Of a DNA stretch of 64,000 nt, positions 1 through 15,500 are shown piece after piece. Source of the stretch: Tubiluchus corallicola (Eukaryota > Animalia > Priapulida); contig JAQGDQ010000007.1 in NCBI GenBank assembly GCA_030141605.1, positions 483,173-547,172 on the forward strand. Reading direction: 5' to 3'. Position 1 is the first letter of the stretch. Each line of letters begins with the position of its first letter. The notes beneath the pieces are model-generated. The model was given only the letters and a program-made list of their open reading frames with translations, searched no databases and was not told the DNA's origin. The position numbers and the translations under genes are program-made.

Positions 1-243
1 TTGACGGAATTATTCAGTATTATATGTAAACTATGTATTTAGTTGTGTATAGGCAATGTTGAGTAGTAAGAATGAGATTTAATATGCTACTAAAATATGC
101 TATAGGTTACTTACACTTTTTTATTTTGTGTCAAATGTTGGTGAACCCAAGAGTGGATGATATTGCTCACTCATCGGGAAGGTCCGTGTTTCCTTCCGAT
201 TCTTGTCAAAATCTATTTTTTGTTTTTGGTTTTTTCATTGCAG

Positions 244-534
244 AAGCTCGTTCTTATCATGGCTGTTTTGCAAATTATAAAACGGAGTCGTACTATCCTT
301 TTACTGTGTCACTTGCAAACTTTACCTCTGACTTGGACACTGAATGTCTCACGCTATGTCAAAATAAAGGTTATTACTTTAGCAGTCTTCATTATTTGGA
401 GACAGACAACTACACTTGTAAGTGTGGCAATGGTTTTCCATTCAAAAGGTTCTCATTAAACTGTGCAAGCTGTACAGAGACAACTCATGGATTTTGTCCG
501 AAGAAAAATGCAGTTTCTGTTTATGCTACAGAAA
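244..534 (+). CDS. PKD1-like exon: WSC domain 1
   Basis: YHGCF...CLTLCQNKGYYFSSL...CKCGN...C..C....FC....VSVY. Acceptor ttttcattgcag, donor gtaagt, phase 1-1. Confidence 0.85.
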
Positions 535-3500
535 GTAAGTTTTGGTCCAGTGTTACTGGGTGTTTATTAAATTTATTTTGAATAAATATTGCACTGGAGT
601 GTTTACATGTTGATATGCAGTAAATAATTTTGATAGTTTGTGATTTGGCTTATTTTCACTTAACGTAATAATTGTTTTGTTTATTTCTGTTTGGGAAAGC
701 AGTCTCTAGTAAAATTCATCATAATTTTTTGTGTTTTTATTGTAGATTTTCCAGTTGACTCTGACATGTTAGGCTGCTGGGAAAACAAAGATTCAAAACA
801 ACCAGACCTGAAAGATAGTCACTTTGAAGTCAAAGACATGACACCAGACAAGTGTGAAACCCACTGTTCTGAAGAGCTGTATGGTTATGCTGGCGTACAG
901 AATGGTACGCACTGTTACTGTGGCAATATATACGGACATCAGTTGCCTGCAAAAAACCCTTGCAACTATGTCTGTGGTTATGAGAAATATGGCAATTGGA
1001 TCTCGCATGAAACAGAAAACTGCAGTGTTTATGAACAAGACTGTATAAGTTGTGGTGGTAGATGGGCTCTGCAACTACACCCGACCAATGGTAAGAATAG
1101 CTCACTGATTTTTACAGTGTTTCACATTTGTGAAAAGCAGCTTGCAGGAAATATTTTGCCCAGTTTGACGTAAATGTATTTAACTATTGTATTTCGAATT
1201 TGCTATAACTAGTAGAAATGATGGTGCCTTGCTCCAAGATCTCAAGGGGATTCACATTGATGGGTTTATACCAGAGAATTAATACTTATAAGCAGTAGTA
1301 TTAATAATTATACTTACAGGCAGTAGAGCTCTGGGTGCCTTGATTGGTAAATATAAAAAGTTAAATGGGCTGGGTTATTATTCTTTTACTAAGTTATTCA
1401 ATGCAGGTGTATGTCCTATACTTGATTATGGTTCAGAAGTATGGGGATATAACAAGTACCCTAAAATTGATACTGTCCAGAATAAGGCATTAAGAATATT
1501 TCTTGGTGTTCATAATTTTGCTGCTAATCAATGTATACAGGGTGATATGGGATGGTCACCATCTTCAGTTAGAAGAAAGTTATCTATGATAAGGTATTGG
1601 AATCGTCTTTTAACATTTGATAATTCTAGACTTGTTAAGAGAATATTTCTTTGGGACCGTAATGCCAACGTTGGTTGGTCATATGAAATTTCTAAAGTAC
1701 TAGAGGAAGCAGGGTTCCAGCAAGCTTTTGTTAATATGGATACTGTACCTCTTAGCAGAGCATGGGCACAGCTGTATGAGAAACACTGTGTTGATTGGAA
1801 AGCAAAAAATGCAGATTACCCCAAACTTAGAACATATATATTGTATAAGAACAGCTTTGGAGTAGAACCATATGTTTATATTAATATGCAAGGAAAATAC
1901 AGGTCTGCGCTTGCAAAGCTAAGAAGTGGTACTCTTCCCCTGGAACTGGAGCATGGTAGGTTTAGAAATGTTAAGGTTGGTGAACGTTTGTGTAAGATAT
2001 GTTGCTGTGGAGATGTAGAAGATGAATCTCACTTTATGTTTGTTTGTACACATTATAGACTAGAGAGAGAAGAATTTTTCCAAGATATTAACATGGACCC
2101 GGAACAATTAGATAATGTAAATAAATGGAAATATATTATGTCAGAAGAGAATGTCCTTAGGACTGCAAAATATGCTTATAAGATTTTTAGAATGAGGCAA
2201 AGCAAGATATATATTTAATACATGACTTGTCCATTCATGTATATGTTAAAATTCCATATTATATATTTTCTTTTATTTGATATTCTATGTAAATGAACTG
2301 CACAGTTATTATGTGATAAATTTTCATGAAATTGACTTGTAAGCCCAAGTGGGCTGGAAACAGCTTTAATAACATTTTACAGTATTAATTAACACATGAA
2401 TTATTACATTGTTATTATCATATGTTTATGTCAATAAAGATATTCAATCAATCAATCAAATATAAGCTGATTGTATTAAAATCTAGATGAGGGTTATCTG
2501 TATTGCAATAATTTAATAATTTTTGATGGGCGACAAACTGGTGTATAGAACTTGACAAAACAATTCATTCAGAATGTTTCTGCTAAGTTTCCAGCTTTCT
2601 TCAGCTGAGCACATCCTATAAATTCAAAACGAAGCTAATCAAAACGTTGGGTTTGATTACTAGAGGCTGAAGCTGAGTCACTTGCTACTACATCAACTGA
2701 CTTATACAGTAAAGCGGCTAGCTCGCTGAAATTGAGTTGGCTTAAAGAAAAAATCAGCTAAATCAGCTAAAGCTACAAATTTGTTTTAACTAAGCAAATA
2801 ATAAATTGTTAGTTAACTGTTAAATTATGGAGATAAATTTTTCAAATAATTTGTGTTGCTTATACACAGAAAAAAGCTGATGTACAAACTCAAATAGTGC
2901 ATTAGAGATCAATTTTTTATTATACAAAAGCATTGGATTTATTGAAAATATAATTTAAATCCAACTCTTGGCGAGGCTTACCTTGATTAACGATGAATCA
3001 ATACCAAAGCACCAAAATGGTCCCATACGTGTGACTAATGTTGCTTATTTGTGTATTTACTTTTGAACTGACTGCTTTCTCATGCAAAAATTTCTAAAGT
3101 TTAGTGTCTCTATCAGTACATGCACAATGTGACCGCGAATCTGCTATGCGCTTGCTATATTTCGACCAGTGACTTCATTATCATCACAAGCTCGTTGTGT
3201 CAATTGTAGACAATGGCCCGGCAGAATTCTAAAATAAAAGAAATCTGCCCTTAGGGCAGGTAATTATAATAATAAATCTTTATTAAATAACTGAATATAT
3301 GTACAAAAGGGTCTTTTTGCAGGCTCAGATTAACAATTTACATTTACATATAACAAATCTTTTAAATCCAATTTCACACTATGTACAACGAATAACATGT
3401 TATACTTACATTAGATATAATTTCAAACGAATCAGAAGTATACCATCAAATTAACTTTACACACCTACATAATTTATTTTTGTATACTCGAGCGGGCCAA

Positions 3501-6500
3501 AATTAACAATTACTTAGTATAAAATTGTCTCTGATCAGGTTAGTGAAAGCCATTATTAAATTTTTATCAGATTGAAGCATAATATTACGTGTATAATTGG
3601 CATCAGCTATTTCTATGAAACGCATTCTTTTTGTATTATCTACTTTATTGCATCTGAATAAAATGCACTGAGGAGTTTGCTCTTCTTCTCCACATGGACA
3701 TAAACTAGTATCACACATATTAAGTCTATACAAAAAGCTGTTAAAATTCCCCTGGCCAGTTAAAAAAGACACGGCAATGGATTCTATTTTTCTTTCATTA
3801 TTTCCAAGCTGCAAATTCAAGGGTTTACATTTTATATTCTGTATTTCAACATTTTCTCCTCGAAATTGCATGACATGCCTATATTTATTTGACCAGGTAG
3901 AAGAAACATAATCCATAATTTGACGTTTAGTATACTTTAACATATTTTCAGGAACTTCTTTAAGATCTGTAGTACGAAAGTTTTCATTCCAAACAAATTT
4001 TAAAAAGTGTCTCACAGTCTCGCAGGTAAACACAGCAGTAATCCAGCAAAAAACTAGACCCTGTTATGCCAGTGGCTTGTTCGTGAACACAAAAATTTTC
4101 GCAGCTGCAAAAATGTCGTCTAGCTCAACTCCTATCACTGGGCGGCTGGCACGACTAAGCTGGGTTTCTTATCAGCTGGGTCTACTGTAGAAATAAACCA
4201 TCTGGAGCTCAACTGAAACGTCGTGGTTCTGGCTTCTATTGATTACATTTTTACTAGCTTTTGTTATGTTTTATTGTCTCTGCTTAATAGTCTTTTCTTT
4301 TGTCTGTGAACATTGCTGATCTAAAGGAATCCATAATTATGCTGATTTCCTATTATTGTTTTGCTAGGCTTGCAGATTTTTGGCATCGACTCGTAACATT
4401 CAGTGACTTGCAAACTTTAATATGCAGAGTCATGAAACATGCAGGATAGACGTCTGGTTAAAGTAGACTATGGTGCAGTTAAAGATTCTGAGATTGTTTA
4501 AAGTACCTGAGATAGGAGTCAAGATGTGAAAATTAGGACAAACTGTTCAGTCAAGCAGAGTAACCGCACAGTTTCAGACATTTCAGCACTGGATATAAAT
4601 TTAATTAGCTTTATTGACAGTTTAATGTGACATTTGTTTCATTTTAAAGCTTTTCTTCCGGGAGAGAAACTTAGCACCGGCTGCTACGTTGCAAATAATT
4701 TACACAAACTAGATACATCAACTGCACTGGTACGAGAAACTATGGATCCAAGAATGTGTGTTTATCATTGTTTTTCACTGTGTAAGTTAGACCTGTGGTA
4801 CTTATGCTTTTCTAGAAAATTATTTTTGCTGTTTTGCAAATTTTTCCTAACTGATTCTTCCTTCATGTGACATTTTGAAACTTTCTTTCCGGCATTGTGA
4901 ATTCTAATGTTGACTTTATCCCAAAAACAAATTTACAATTTTTGACATTTTTATATTTTCTATGATCTGTCTATACTTAGCACCTGCTACTTGTTTTATG
5001 GTGAAATTGATTAGTGTGTATCATCCAAAAACTTTTATGCGTAATAAAGTGGGTTATGCAAATGCTTTGTAATTTTTTGTAAGTGATTCTGACATCTCAG
5101 ACGATATGGAAGACTTTCTTCCAAGCATCATGAAATCTAATGTTGAATTTATCCTAAATTACATTTTGATGTCTTTCAAATTTAAGATGTGCTAATACTT
5201 TTTGTCACTTGACACCTGTTACACCTTAACATTATGTTGTCAATACAGACACTATTATTTATTTCATTGCAAAGCTGTTTAGTGTGACCCATTCAGAATT
5301 TTCTTGTGTATAGAGCAGGTGTAGTTGATATTTCATTCTGCAAGAATAATGTATAAAAATCATTTCATTTGTCACTAGAAAATGTCAAGAGACTGCAAAT
5401 TAGAAAATTTCCGATGTGCAGGCCTTTTGTTAAGAGCAGAACTGACCAACAGAAGACAAATAACTGGCTTTCAAACTACAATACACCACAACTATGGCAT
5501 CTCTTGTTTGTTATTTTTAGTCTCTAAAACAAATTGTGTATTTTGCCTAACTAGCCAAAAATTAGGAAAACAGGCACGTAGAAGATGATATTGGTAGAAT
5601 GTTGAGTTGTAATAGATTGCATCAAACCTTTTATTGCGGGCCAACAGTGAGTGGAAAATGAGAAATATTTGCAGGAAAACGTCCACAAATGATAACAGCT
5701 GCAGAGAAGTTGTGTGAATTAGTGGCTTGGATGTCTAAAGGCCGTGGTCAAAACACTGTGAATAATTGGATGGGTTAAAAATTTGGTAGTAAAAAATTAT
5801 ATTTTTACCCACATTAATAAGTATATCAATATCACATGTCTCATTGTTTAGTTGAAATAATAACAAACTGTATAATAATATATAATTTCTGTTTAGATCA
5901 AAGCTTTGCTGTATTGACTGATTATCACACATGCATTTGTGCATCTAGTGGTACACCATTTAATGATACAGCAGATGGAAAGCGCTGTGATATTGTGTGT
6001 GGTTCAGCTTTCACTGGAAGAAGCAACACTCATTTCTGTGGTGGAACCAACTATATCAGTGTGTATAGAATCTATGGTAGGTACTCTACATAATTTACAA
6101 TTCAATGGTTAAGCAAAGTTTAGGATTAACATAACAAAAGTCCTGTCATTCTTAGTGTATGTAAATTTATTTGTGATCACTTAACTTTGCAAGTTTGTAA
6201 ACTTTTTATAGAAATGGTCAAGTGTTTGAATTTAGGATAGCTGAAAAGCAATTTGAACTAATTTTATTATTTAAAACAGACTTCTATAATATTTTACTTG
6301 CAAATGTGCAAGTACTACACTAGCTTGAAATGTAATGAAAACAAGACTGGTGTGATAATGTGTTTGAGTAAGCATTTTGTAGCAAGCCGCCTAACACTTT
6401 TGAGTATAATTATGTATATTGTGAATAGTAATAGCAGTCACTGCTGATTGCCATGACAACACTGAGAAACCCTGAATGACATTTGAACACATCCTAGCAG

Positions 6501-9500
6501 TGCTGCAATTTCTCTGTGTGTGTGTGCGTGTGCGCGTGTGTGTGCCGTGATATCATCATGGTAATCTTTGATTTAATAACGAAAAATATGTCAAACTTTT
6601 TAGGCATACTACGTTAATGTCATTGCCATTTATGAAGAATGATATCTGATATCAGTTATTTTACCAATTTATTAGAACTCTTGTCTTGTATCTTATAAGT
6701 GAGTTATTTGACCTTCTCTGGATTGTTTATGCCATGTCTAACCTGGGCACCAAAGGCCCTGAACCTATATAAAGGACCAGATATTGCTTCTCTAGAGTTA
6801 GAGTTATTTTTTTCATGAACAATTTACCAACGGTTTTACTGTTTTTTTTTAATTTTCAGAGGTTGTTTCTGGTTTAAAAATATACAGAGAAGGGGCTAAC
6901 TATTATGACGTCGGCGTTCCTATTAGCTTTGTCTTACATGCTGATAGTATGTTGCCAGGTGTCAAGTTTTACTGGTCTATGGGTGACGAATACACCTTTA
7001 CAACGTTTCATAGGCATTTCATACCTGCACAGGAACTTCCAGAAGCTGAAAGAAATCTAGTTAATATGACTGTAAATGAAACTGCTCCTGGTGTAGCTTA
7101 CCTGGTTAAATATGCATATTTTTTGCCAGGTTTATACACGCTAAATGTCACCAGATTATATCCAACTTTAGCTTTTGATACATTTTTTTCTGTCGTGCTG
7201 AATGTTACGGGTATTCCTAGTGACTGCATAGTGGAGGTGGAACTTATAAATGCTTTTCACAATGCAACCATAGCTAAAGAAAATCCATTTAAAATCTCTT
7301 TTGGCTTTTCTGTTTCCTCCAAGACATATATAAGCTGCCATAGTCCTCTGAGCTCAACCAGCTACGTATGGACGATCCATAAAATCACTGAAACAAAACC
7401 TTTCCCGATGGAGGGAAACCTCGTGGAGATACCTAGATGGGTGGATGCTACCAGCAGTCACATTTATATACCACAGTATCTTCTGTCTGAAGGTTCTTAC
7501 TTGATTCTGTTTACTGTGACTGTAACATCTGTTGAAAGTGTTACACTCAGCAGAGCAAGGGTAATGGAGATTCAAATTAACATTTAAACATTTGCAAATT
7601 TGCAATCCTTGTTAAAATTATGCTCAGTCTGTTAACTTAAACAAGTTGCAGTACTGTGTTGTAGTAGGTTGGTAACTTGTTTGTTCTGTGCACAGCATAA
7701 ACTCCCAGGGTACTACACGATCCTTAAAGTCATAGACTTTCGGTTATAAGTTTTCTTGGAGTTATTCTGATTTAAAAAATGTGGTTTTTGAGAAAGGGGC
7801 ATTTGGATAAAGTGCTTCCTGCCAGTTTTGTAACCTCTTATACATTTCAAACTTATTTTTTCAGTTTGAAGCCATTCATTTTCCTTAAACATAAAAGATT
7901 AAGTACTGACTACTTTGAATACAGCAAATGATACCAAAGCAGCAAAATGTGTTAAGAAAAACATTATTGGCTATTCATTGTCATTTTACCATTGATACTG
8001 TTGATTTTAGTCTTCACACAATTCACAAGATTTTATTTGTGACTGGAAGATTTCAGTTTAATTATAAACTCTAAACTAAGAATGATGATTGATATCATAT
8101 TTAACCCACAGAGTACATTAATAAATCATCTCATTGCTGTGAAATTGATGCAGCAGAACAAATTGTCTATTTGCAAAAGATAAGATCAATAATTTTAGTA
8201 GTAAATGACTATATAACTTGATCTTAGTGGCTTAATCTTTTTATTTTTTAAAACCACTAAAATTCTCTGCTGGCAGTCTAGAGTTCAGTGACAAAATTGG
8301 CATGGTGGCAAAATAAGCAACATGTGAAATCACGTTCGCAATCACAAATTGTTAAGAAAGACTGCACGTTATCCAAGACCACACACTAAATAGACTGGTA
8401 TACAACAGCATACCATGACAATAACTACAGCAATGTTTATACCTTTAATATAGCCCGGTATACTTTTATACTTTAGACTGGTATACAACAGCATACCATA
8501 ACAATAACTACAGTAATGCTTATACTTTATATACAAGAGGAATATAGTATCTAGGCAAATTATTCGGCATGTTGACATCAGGAATTTTTTTGCAACTAAC
8601 TGTTGTGAGACCAAAACTTTAGTCGATGCAAAATCAATATCATTGTTATTAGAATAAACACGCTGGGCAACTTTTGAATGTCCGTGGTTTTTCCTTACTT
8701 TATGTTTGTGCTCTGTGATACAAGTCTTTAAAGAGAGACCGGTTTCACCAACATAATTCCAATAGCAGTCCACACAATGTATATTAAACGTGATATTAGT
8801 CCTGTTTTATTTTAATATTCTTAAACTAAAATTTATTACTTATTCAAACCAGAGTATCTTAAAGTACTGCACTGATAAATGCTTGTCGTGAGAGTAAACA
8901 CCCAATGAGAAAGCAACTTAAAGCTAATTTGCAAAGCATCACTAACATTTTGCAAGATGGTTTCTTTCTCAAAAGTGTGTAAATATTAAGAATTTATCTT
9001 ATTTCTCTGCTGTTAAGTTGTACATTACATGTATTTTACTTTCTAGGGCTGGGTTGATGTTATTCATTCACGTTTAATCCCAGTCATTCAGGGTGGCCCT
9101 TTTAGAGTTATCACTTGGGAAATGGATGCTGTTGTGGATGCATCACCATCCTATGATCCAGATATAAATCCAGATACTGGCGAGCAAAGAGACGGTCTTC
9201 TGTAAGTGTACCATGTACACACTTTGGTAGCAAGCCCTCCTACTTTTGTAACAGTAATTGGCACTCAGACACTAACATTACCGTTGGAAGATAGTTGATG
9301 TTCCTATAATGTGGTTGTCTGTAAGATATGTCTGGCATTGGTAATGGTATGTTGGTACTTGATAGGGGTACAAATATTTGCTGACAATCTGGCATAATAT
9401 TGCCTTTTCTTGGTCTTATTTTGGAAGCATGGACATTCTCCAAGCATTGTCAAAATGGCGAATAATGAAGTTTCTCAGTTCAAAAGCATCAGTTTTGAAA

Positions 9501-12500
9501 AAGCTACTAAAAATGTCACGAGTAACGTTTAATTGCCTAGCATGTTGTCCATCTAAAATGTTCCTTGGTACCATTTTGAGAGCATGACTTCAGTGTGCAT
9601 TTCTGATTTGAAGAACATATTTATTGGTGAGACACCAATACTGTTGGTTTGAAATGCTGTTTTTTTTTCAGAAATTGCCACTTTGGAATCTCATAATCTA
9701 TCTGTTATTACTAGCATGATTTTTGCATGTAATTTCTAGTTTTTTATGTAATCAAAGTGAAATAATGTGATTGTCAGTTCAAGAATATGGTTTTTCTTCT
9801 ATTTATTGAAACTGCAATGAAACAAGTAGTTTCCTTAGAAGAAATTAGAAAAAAATTTACTTGGAATGATTAGTTTAGAACAGCAGACTTAGCTAATTTA
9901 ATTTTTTTCTTGAATTTTTTAACTAAATTTTTCTTCTTTGTCTTCATAGGTAATATAGTTTATACAAGATTTTGTGTTCATAAAAACTTGTGATTAAGCT
10001 GTTGAAATCAGGATTGCTGTAGTACTAAAATGTTAGGCTTGTACTGAGTTTATAAGCTTTGTTGGAAGATGCTTTTTCACTCACGTTTTCACTTCACTAC
10101 TGCTTTTTTTATTTTAATGTTATTTTTAAAGACATTTTCTTTTGTTTTTTATAAACTTGCTTGGTTTTTTTAGTTTTGAATGGTACTGCTACATGGGAAC
10201 TGGTCCCATGCCTGCAGATGATGATCCAGGATGTTTTGGCAATTACACTGTTTTACTGCCGTTCAATGGTAAGCAGCTAAATTTTGGTAGTAATTTTTTT
10301 TATATTTGTGTACCCAACAACATTCGTCTTTAGCACAATAAGTAACTACACACTTACCTTCTATTAGTTGAACTAATGTTACAAAAATTGAAATAACTGG
10401 AAAGTTACTAATAAAGACTAGTACAGACTATACTATGTATTGCTCTATTTGCCAATACAAACATGATACTTGTTCACGTGAATGCCACATGTTATATGGC
10501 TGACTTTGATCGTGGTCACAGAGTTTTAGTGAGTTTTAGTTTTAACCTTGATATGTTCGGTGATCATATAATGACAAATAGTACTCTTTTAATTTCGATT
10601 TGTATTCATACGAAGTCTTTATTTGTTTTATGGTTTATTGTTTTGTTTAGCAAACACTTTGTAAGATAACTTAGTTAAAATGCTCCATTTGCACAAAGCA
10701 TTTATAAAAGGATAGTATTAATTGTTTAACTGCTAACATTTGTGAAATATTTTTGCTAGATGAAACATTTATTGACCAAGTGATATAGTACCCTAACCAG
10801 TGCTTGAAGTGTGCCGGGTCTTTTAGGGTTGCAGACTCAGAACTTAGCATTATAGACCCTGCATTTGAAAAAAAATGTCTTGCTGGGTTGCAAATTTAGT
10901 TTTCTCACCATTTAATTAGCTACAGGTATCCATAAGACATTATTATTGTTGTTTCCATGTTTTGGTCAGCCGAATTGAACTGTAGATGACAACAATGGAC
11001 ACAAATAATTTATTGTATTGAGCTGCTGCTACCCCTTCATAATAATGTGCTGGAATTCATTTTTCTTACAACTTTTCAGGAAAAAAGTAAAATGTTTCTG
11101 AACAAGTTGTAACTTATCGTAAGGGATCATGTCATAACTTATTTTGCGTTTTAGACTTGAAGAGTTAAGTGCAACTAAGGTGCATTGTGGTGCAACGAAG
11201 GTGCACTGTGGTGCAACAAAGTTTAACATAGTTAGTATGATGTCTTTGGCAGAAGTAAGTTAACATGTAAATTGGAGCTAGTGCGCCGTCGTTTACTCAC
11301 GGTTAAATGGTTTGAATTGGCCAAAAACTTAATGACGAAAAACAGTTGAGAAACTGCTTACTGAACTGACCTTTTTTGACCAGTAAAAGCCTCAAATGTC
11401 AAAATCAAGGAAAATGCATGTTTTTTGCCCTAAAGTAAGCCCTGGACCCCAATGGTGGAGCTTACAACACTCTCCCAGACTTAGCTGTTTATTGCTCTGT
11501 CGTGTAAAGAAAAAACCCTTTACCTAAACAAATGCACTTTCAGCACTGCCTGCAACATAATTATCACAGGACAATAGTTCTATTATCCCTTTCCTATTAT
11601 ACCTGCATTTCTGTTCTGTTCTCCTGCTTTTTCCTTTTCCAGCATCCACAGTAACTGTTCCGGCTCAAAGCCTACCTCAGTTCTCCCAAGTAACTTTTGT
11701 CGTAAAAGTTGGCAAAGAGAACCGATTTGAGGAAACTGCCCATCAGACATTAGAGGTACTTCCTGGGAAACGACCTGATATCTACATCAAGTAAGGAAAC
11801 ATTATAATTTTCTTGACAGCGATATTGGAGCCAGTTTGACTTCTAATTTTTTTGCGGAGTTCTGTCAAACAGTAGAACAATAGTTATGCTTAGTATAGTA
11901 GCAGTTTGAAAATACTAGTAGCAGAGTAATTTATACAACTTTTTTATTGTGTGCTAAGCTTCTTATAGAGGTGTCTAACTAAGTATTGTTTTTTAAATGT
12001 TTTGTGAGTCTAGCAAAACCTGGCATCATCATTGGACTTTTCCAAATAACTTCTTCATTTTTCGGTTTTCCTGTTGAAAAAATTAAGTCACACACTGGAA
12101 TTGAAATTGAATTTTGCAGTTTATAATCAGATTTTCCGCACTAGTCCAACAGTGTTTTGAGGCCAAGAGTACGCACAAGCAGCTTCCATATTTGTTGTTC
12201 AAGTTTAAAGTTTCGGTTGCAGCACTTTTATCACTCTTGGTCTCTTTCTCTTTATGCTAATCAGAAAATTCCCATAATAAAAATAAACAATATTACTAAT
12301 GCATAGATATAAACTCTTATTTTACAGGTTTAGGTGCTTGGACTTGCGAGAGATCTTTAGGTTTCTATTAATTAACATTTTTTTAATGTTGTACAACATC
12401 TGCTATATTTTAATGAGTTTGTTTACAGGGTCATTATCGAATTTTGTTTTCGGTTAAGATGTTTTAAATCTTTGTTTGTAAATTATGTTTAGCTGATCGG

Positions 12501-15500
12501 CTCAGAATTCATTCATGCAGAATACAATTCAATTATTGTAACAAAATCAGAGAATTGATCGTAAATGCTGTCTGAAACATTGCTGTCAACACTGTGTTTT
12601 TTCTAGTTTTGAACATTTAGTGTGAGTTTCCCTTGGTAGGTGTCTAGTAAACTGTGGGCAAAGAGTTAATCACAAAGAGTTGCTGTCCCTGGAAGCCGTA
12701 TGCACTAGCTGTACAGAGGAGGAAGAAAAAACCGTGGAATATTTTTGGTCGGTGGAAATTCTAGGGGAAAATAAAAATAAACTGAATATTGATTATGGAA
12801 CAGATACGATTTTGACACACGAACATTATTTTGCTGTGAAAGCAAATGTGTTTGTCGAGAATGAAAGATACATGGTGACGGTTAAAGGTAACTTTCACTC
12901 GAATTTCCAGTTCAGAATTATTTACTCTTTAAACAATGTTAGATTAATTCTAAAGTTTGAGTACCTACCAGGCTACACTTAGAGATTATTGACTGCTCAT
13001 GGTGCCCAGACTGGCCGTGCACTATTTTGACCACAATGTTAATATGTTACAAACATTAAATGGCAAATTTGCTTAGGTCATCAGTATAAGCTTTTGTAGA
13101 TTTTCCTATGGTAGACTGTAGTTTTAATGAATTATGGTCAAGGCTGGCTCTACCATCAGACAAACTAGTCAGTTGCCTAGGGCACCAAATTTTGGGAGGG
13201 GTACCGAATACTGGACGTTTTTTCTTAATTTTGAAGTTTAGCCTAAGTAATGACATAGCGTATGTGTAATTCTTTAAGTATTTCTTTCTGTAAATCAAAA
13301 AGTTTCTTATTATAGCATTTACCTAATTACTGTAGATAAAACTTTAAGAATAGAAGTCTTCCGGGAGTGGAATAGGAAAGGAAAAGTAAAAAAGGAAGGA
13401 TGACAATGAGCAGGAAATAGATTTGCCAATGAAGTGTTTAGGGCTGTGTTATGGAGCATTTAAATGAAGCTACGATTGTGAAGATGATAATGATAGTGAA
13501 ATGGATGCATAAATGAAAAAGAGGAGTTAGGGTTTTGGAAATTTTGTGAGGAAAGGTCTGAGGGAAAAATCTATAAACAGTAATAGCTAAAATTGCAGAA
13601 ATATGATTGTTCCTGAAGATCCAGAAAGCACAATTGGGTCATAAATTCCATTCCAAATTCCTTCAACACAAGCTGTAGATAGGCAATTGAACTAGACGTT
13701 TATTGGTAACTATAATACACGCATAAGTCTAACACATATTTACCATTATACTTTATTATAATATTATACAAGAAAAGTTCTAGTTTGGTGAGTGTTACAC
13801 ACTACAATAATATTAGCAACCAGACGAATGCGTGCATATTAAAGTAGTATTTATAAAACTATCTAGAAACTTAAACAAAGACGATCACGAGAGCCATACA
13901 CAATCCATATCTATGGTATTGGTACAGTGAGGACCATTGGAGAAGGGGTTGACTGTAGAGGAGGGGGCGATAAAAATACGCCTAGGGCGTCAAGCTACCT
14001 AGAGCTGCCCCTCATTATCATCATACAAAATAATCAGTTGGGCCAATTTCTATCTGAATTACTGTTTTTAATTTGTAATCAGCAGTTTTAATAACATGTA
14101 AAGTATTTTCCAATTAGCTGCTCAAAGGTATTGTCATTTTGTTACAGCAATGATCAATGGCCATGTTTGTGTTTGGTTATTAAGTTAAGCAATATTGTGC
14201 CTGGTCAGTGAACAGATGGGCGATTACCAGGAAAACTGGTTTTGAACAGTTTCACGAGTCATACTCCTTGCAGGTGCTTCATATCAACGATTATTATGAT
14301 CGTAATATGACTGTGAAATGTCTGGCAGTTCAGTTATTGAGGAAGGCACCTTGAGGATGATCCTTGAGGCTTGATTATGATCTAGATTCTGCTCCCACTA
14401 CAACAATCTACACATTGTACAGGTCTTGCCACTGAGTGTTGGATCTGGGGTGACACTTTAAAATTGCATAAAAACATGCTATCTCTTTGCAAGAAACTTT
14501 GCGGTCTCCTTAGTATTAAGAAAAACGATAGATGTAATTAATGGGGAGTCTGTGTTCAATAATTCTTGGTATCTAATGAGAGGAATAGCAACATTATAAC
14601 TGAAATTATCATTAGTAACAATTCGTAGTAATACCTGAATATACAATTCTCTTAATTACAGGTGGGCCAGCAGATGCAGCTCTTGGAATTGCTGTTTACG
14701 TATTTCACGTTAACGATGAACCTATTGTAAGCACTTGCAAGCCTGTACCTGAAACAGGTATTTTTTACACACATGGTGTGATCTAGTGTAAAAGTAGAAG
14801 ACACCACTTTTAACAGGAGATCACATATTAATGTCTATAAAGTGCTGTATAGTGTGTGTGAAAATTGTTTATTGAAAAAATAAGGCATGTTAGCTATGAT
14901 TTCTGATAATGCAGTGTTGCATCCATAACAGTTTTTGCCTTTACCTTTACCTTTTATTGAGTTTGCTCTGTCACTTCGGTTTTGCTAAAATACTTATAAA
15001 AGTTTTTAAGTCAAAAACTTTTTTATCAATTATCATTTTAGTCATCTTAAAATATTTATTTTTTAGGCCCATCTCTTTTGACAGAATTTACACTGAGCTG
15101 TGGTAGATTTAAAGACAGTGATCTGCCTCTTACTTATGAGTTTTACTACACTTCTGATGATGCCAATCATTTGCTAAGTGGTAAGAACTACAGGCTTGGG
15201 TTGTTTTATTAACTTTGATGATTGAACCTCGTAAGTTTAGTGTAACTTATTTATAGTTACGGAATTAGTTTCTTAGGAGGACAACAGTTTATGTAATATT
15301 AAGTATATAAGTAAGTAAACAATTTGTGTGATTGTAAATAAACAATTTGTGTGATTGTAAGTAAACAATTTGTGTGATTTTACAAACTACAACAAAAGAA
15401 AATGAATTAATCACTCGTTACTTAATTGCTAACAAATTATATACAGTGATATAGAGAATACTATAAATTTACTGAAATTCACTGTTCATACCGTCAACTG

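Noticed and set aside
72-243. In-frame ATG at 72 as the start of the PKD1-like gene
   Set aside because: A strong polypyrimidine tract and CAG precede 244 with the same phase-1 pattern as the other WSC exons, and the upstream peptide is not a convincing signal peptide. Treated as intron, though not formally excluded.
4850-5225. Diverged ~230-bp local direct duplication in an intron
   Set aside because: Old, non-coding, and no sign of a duplicated exon.
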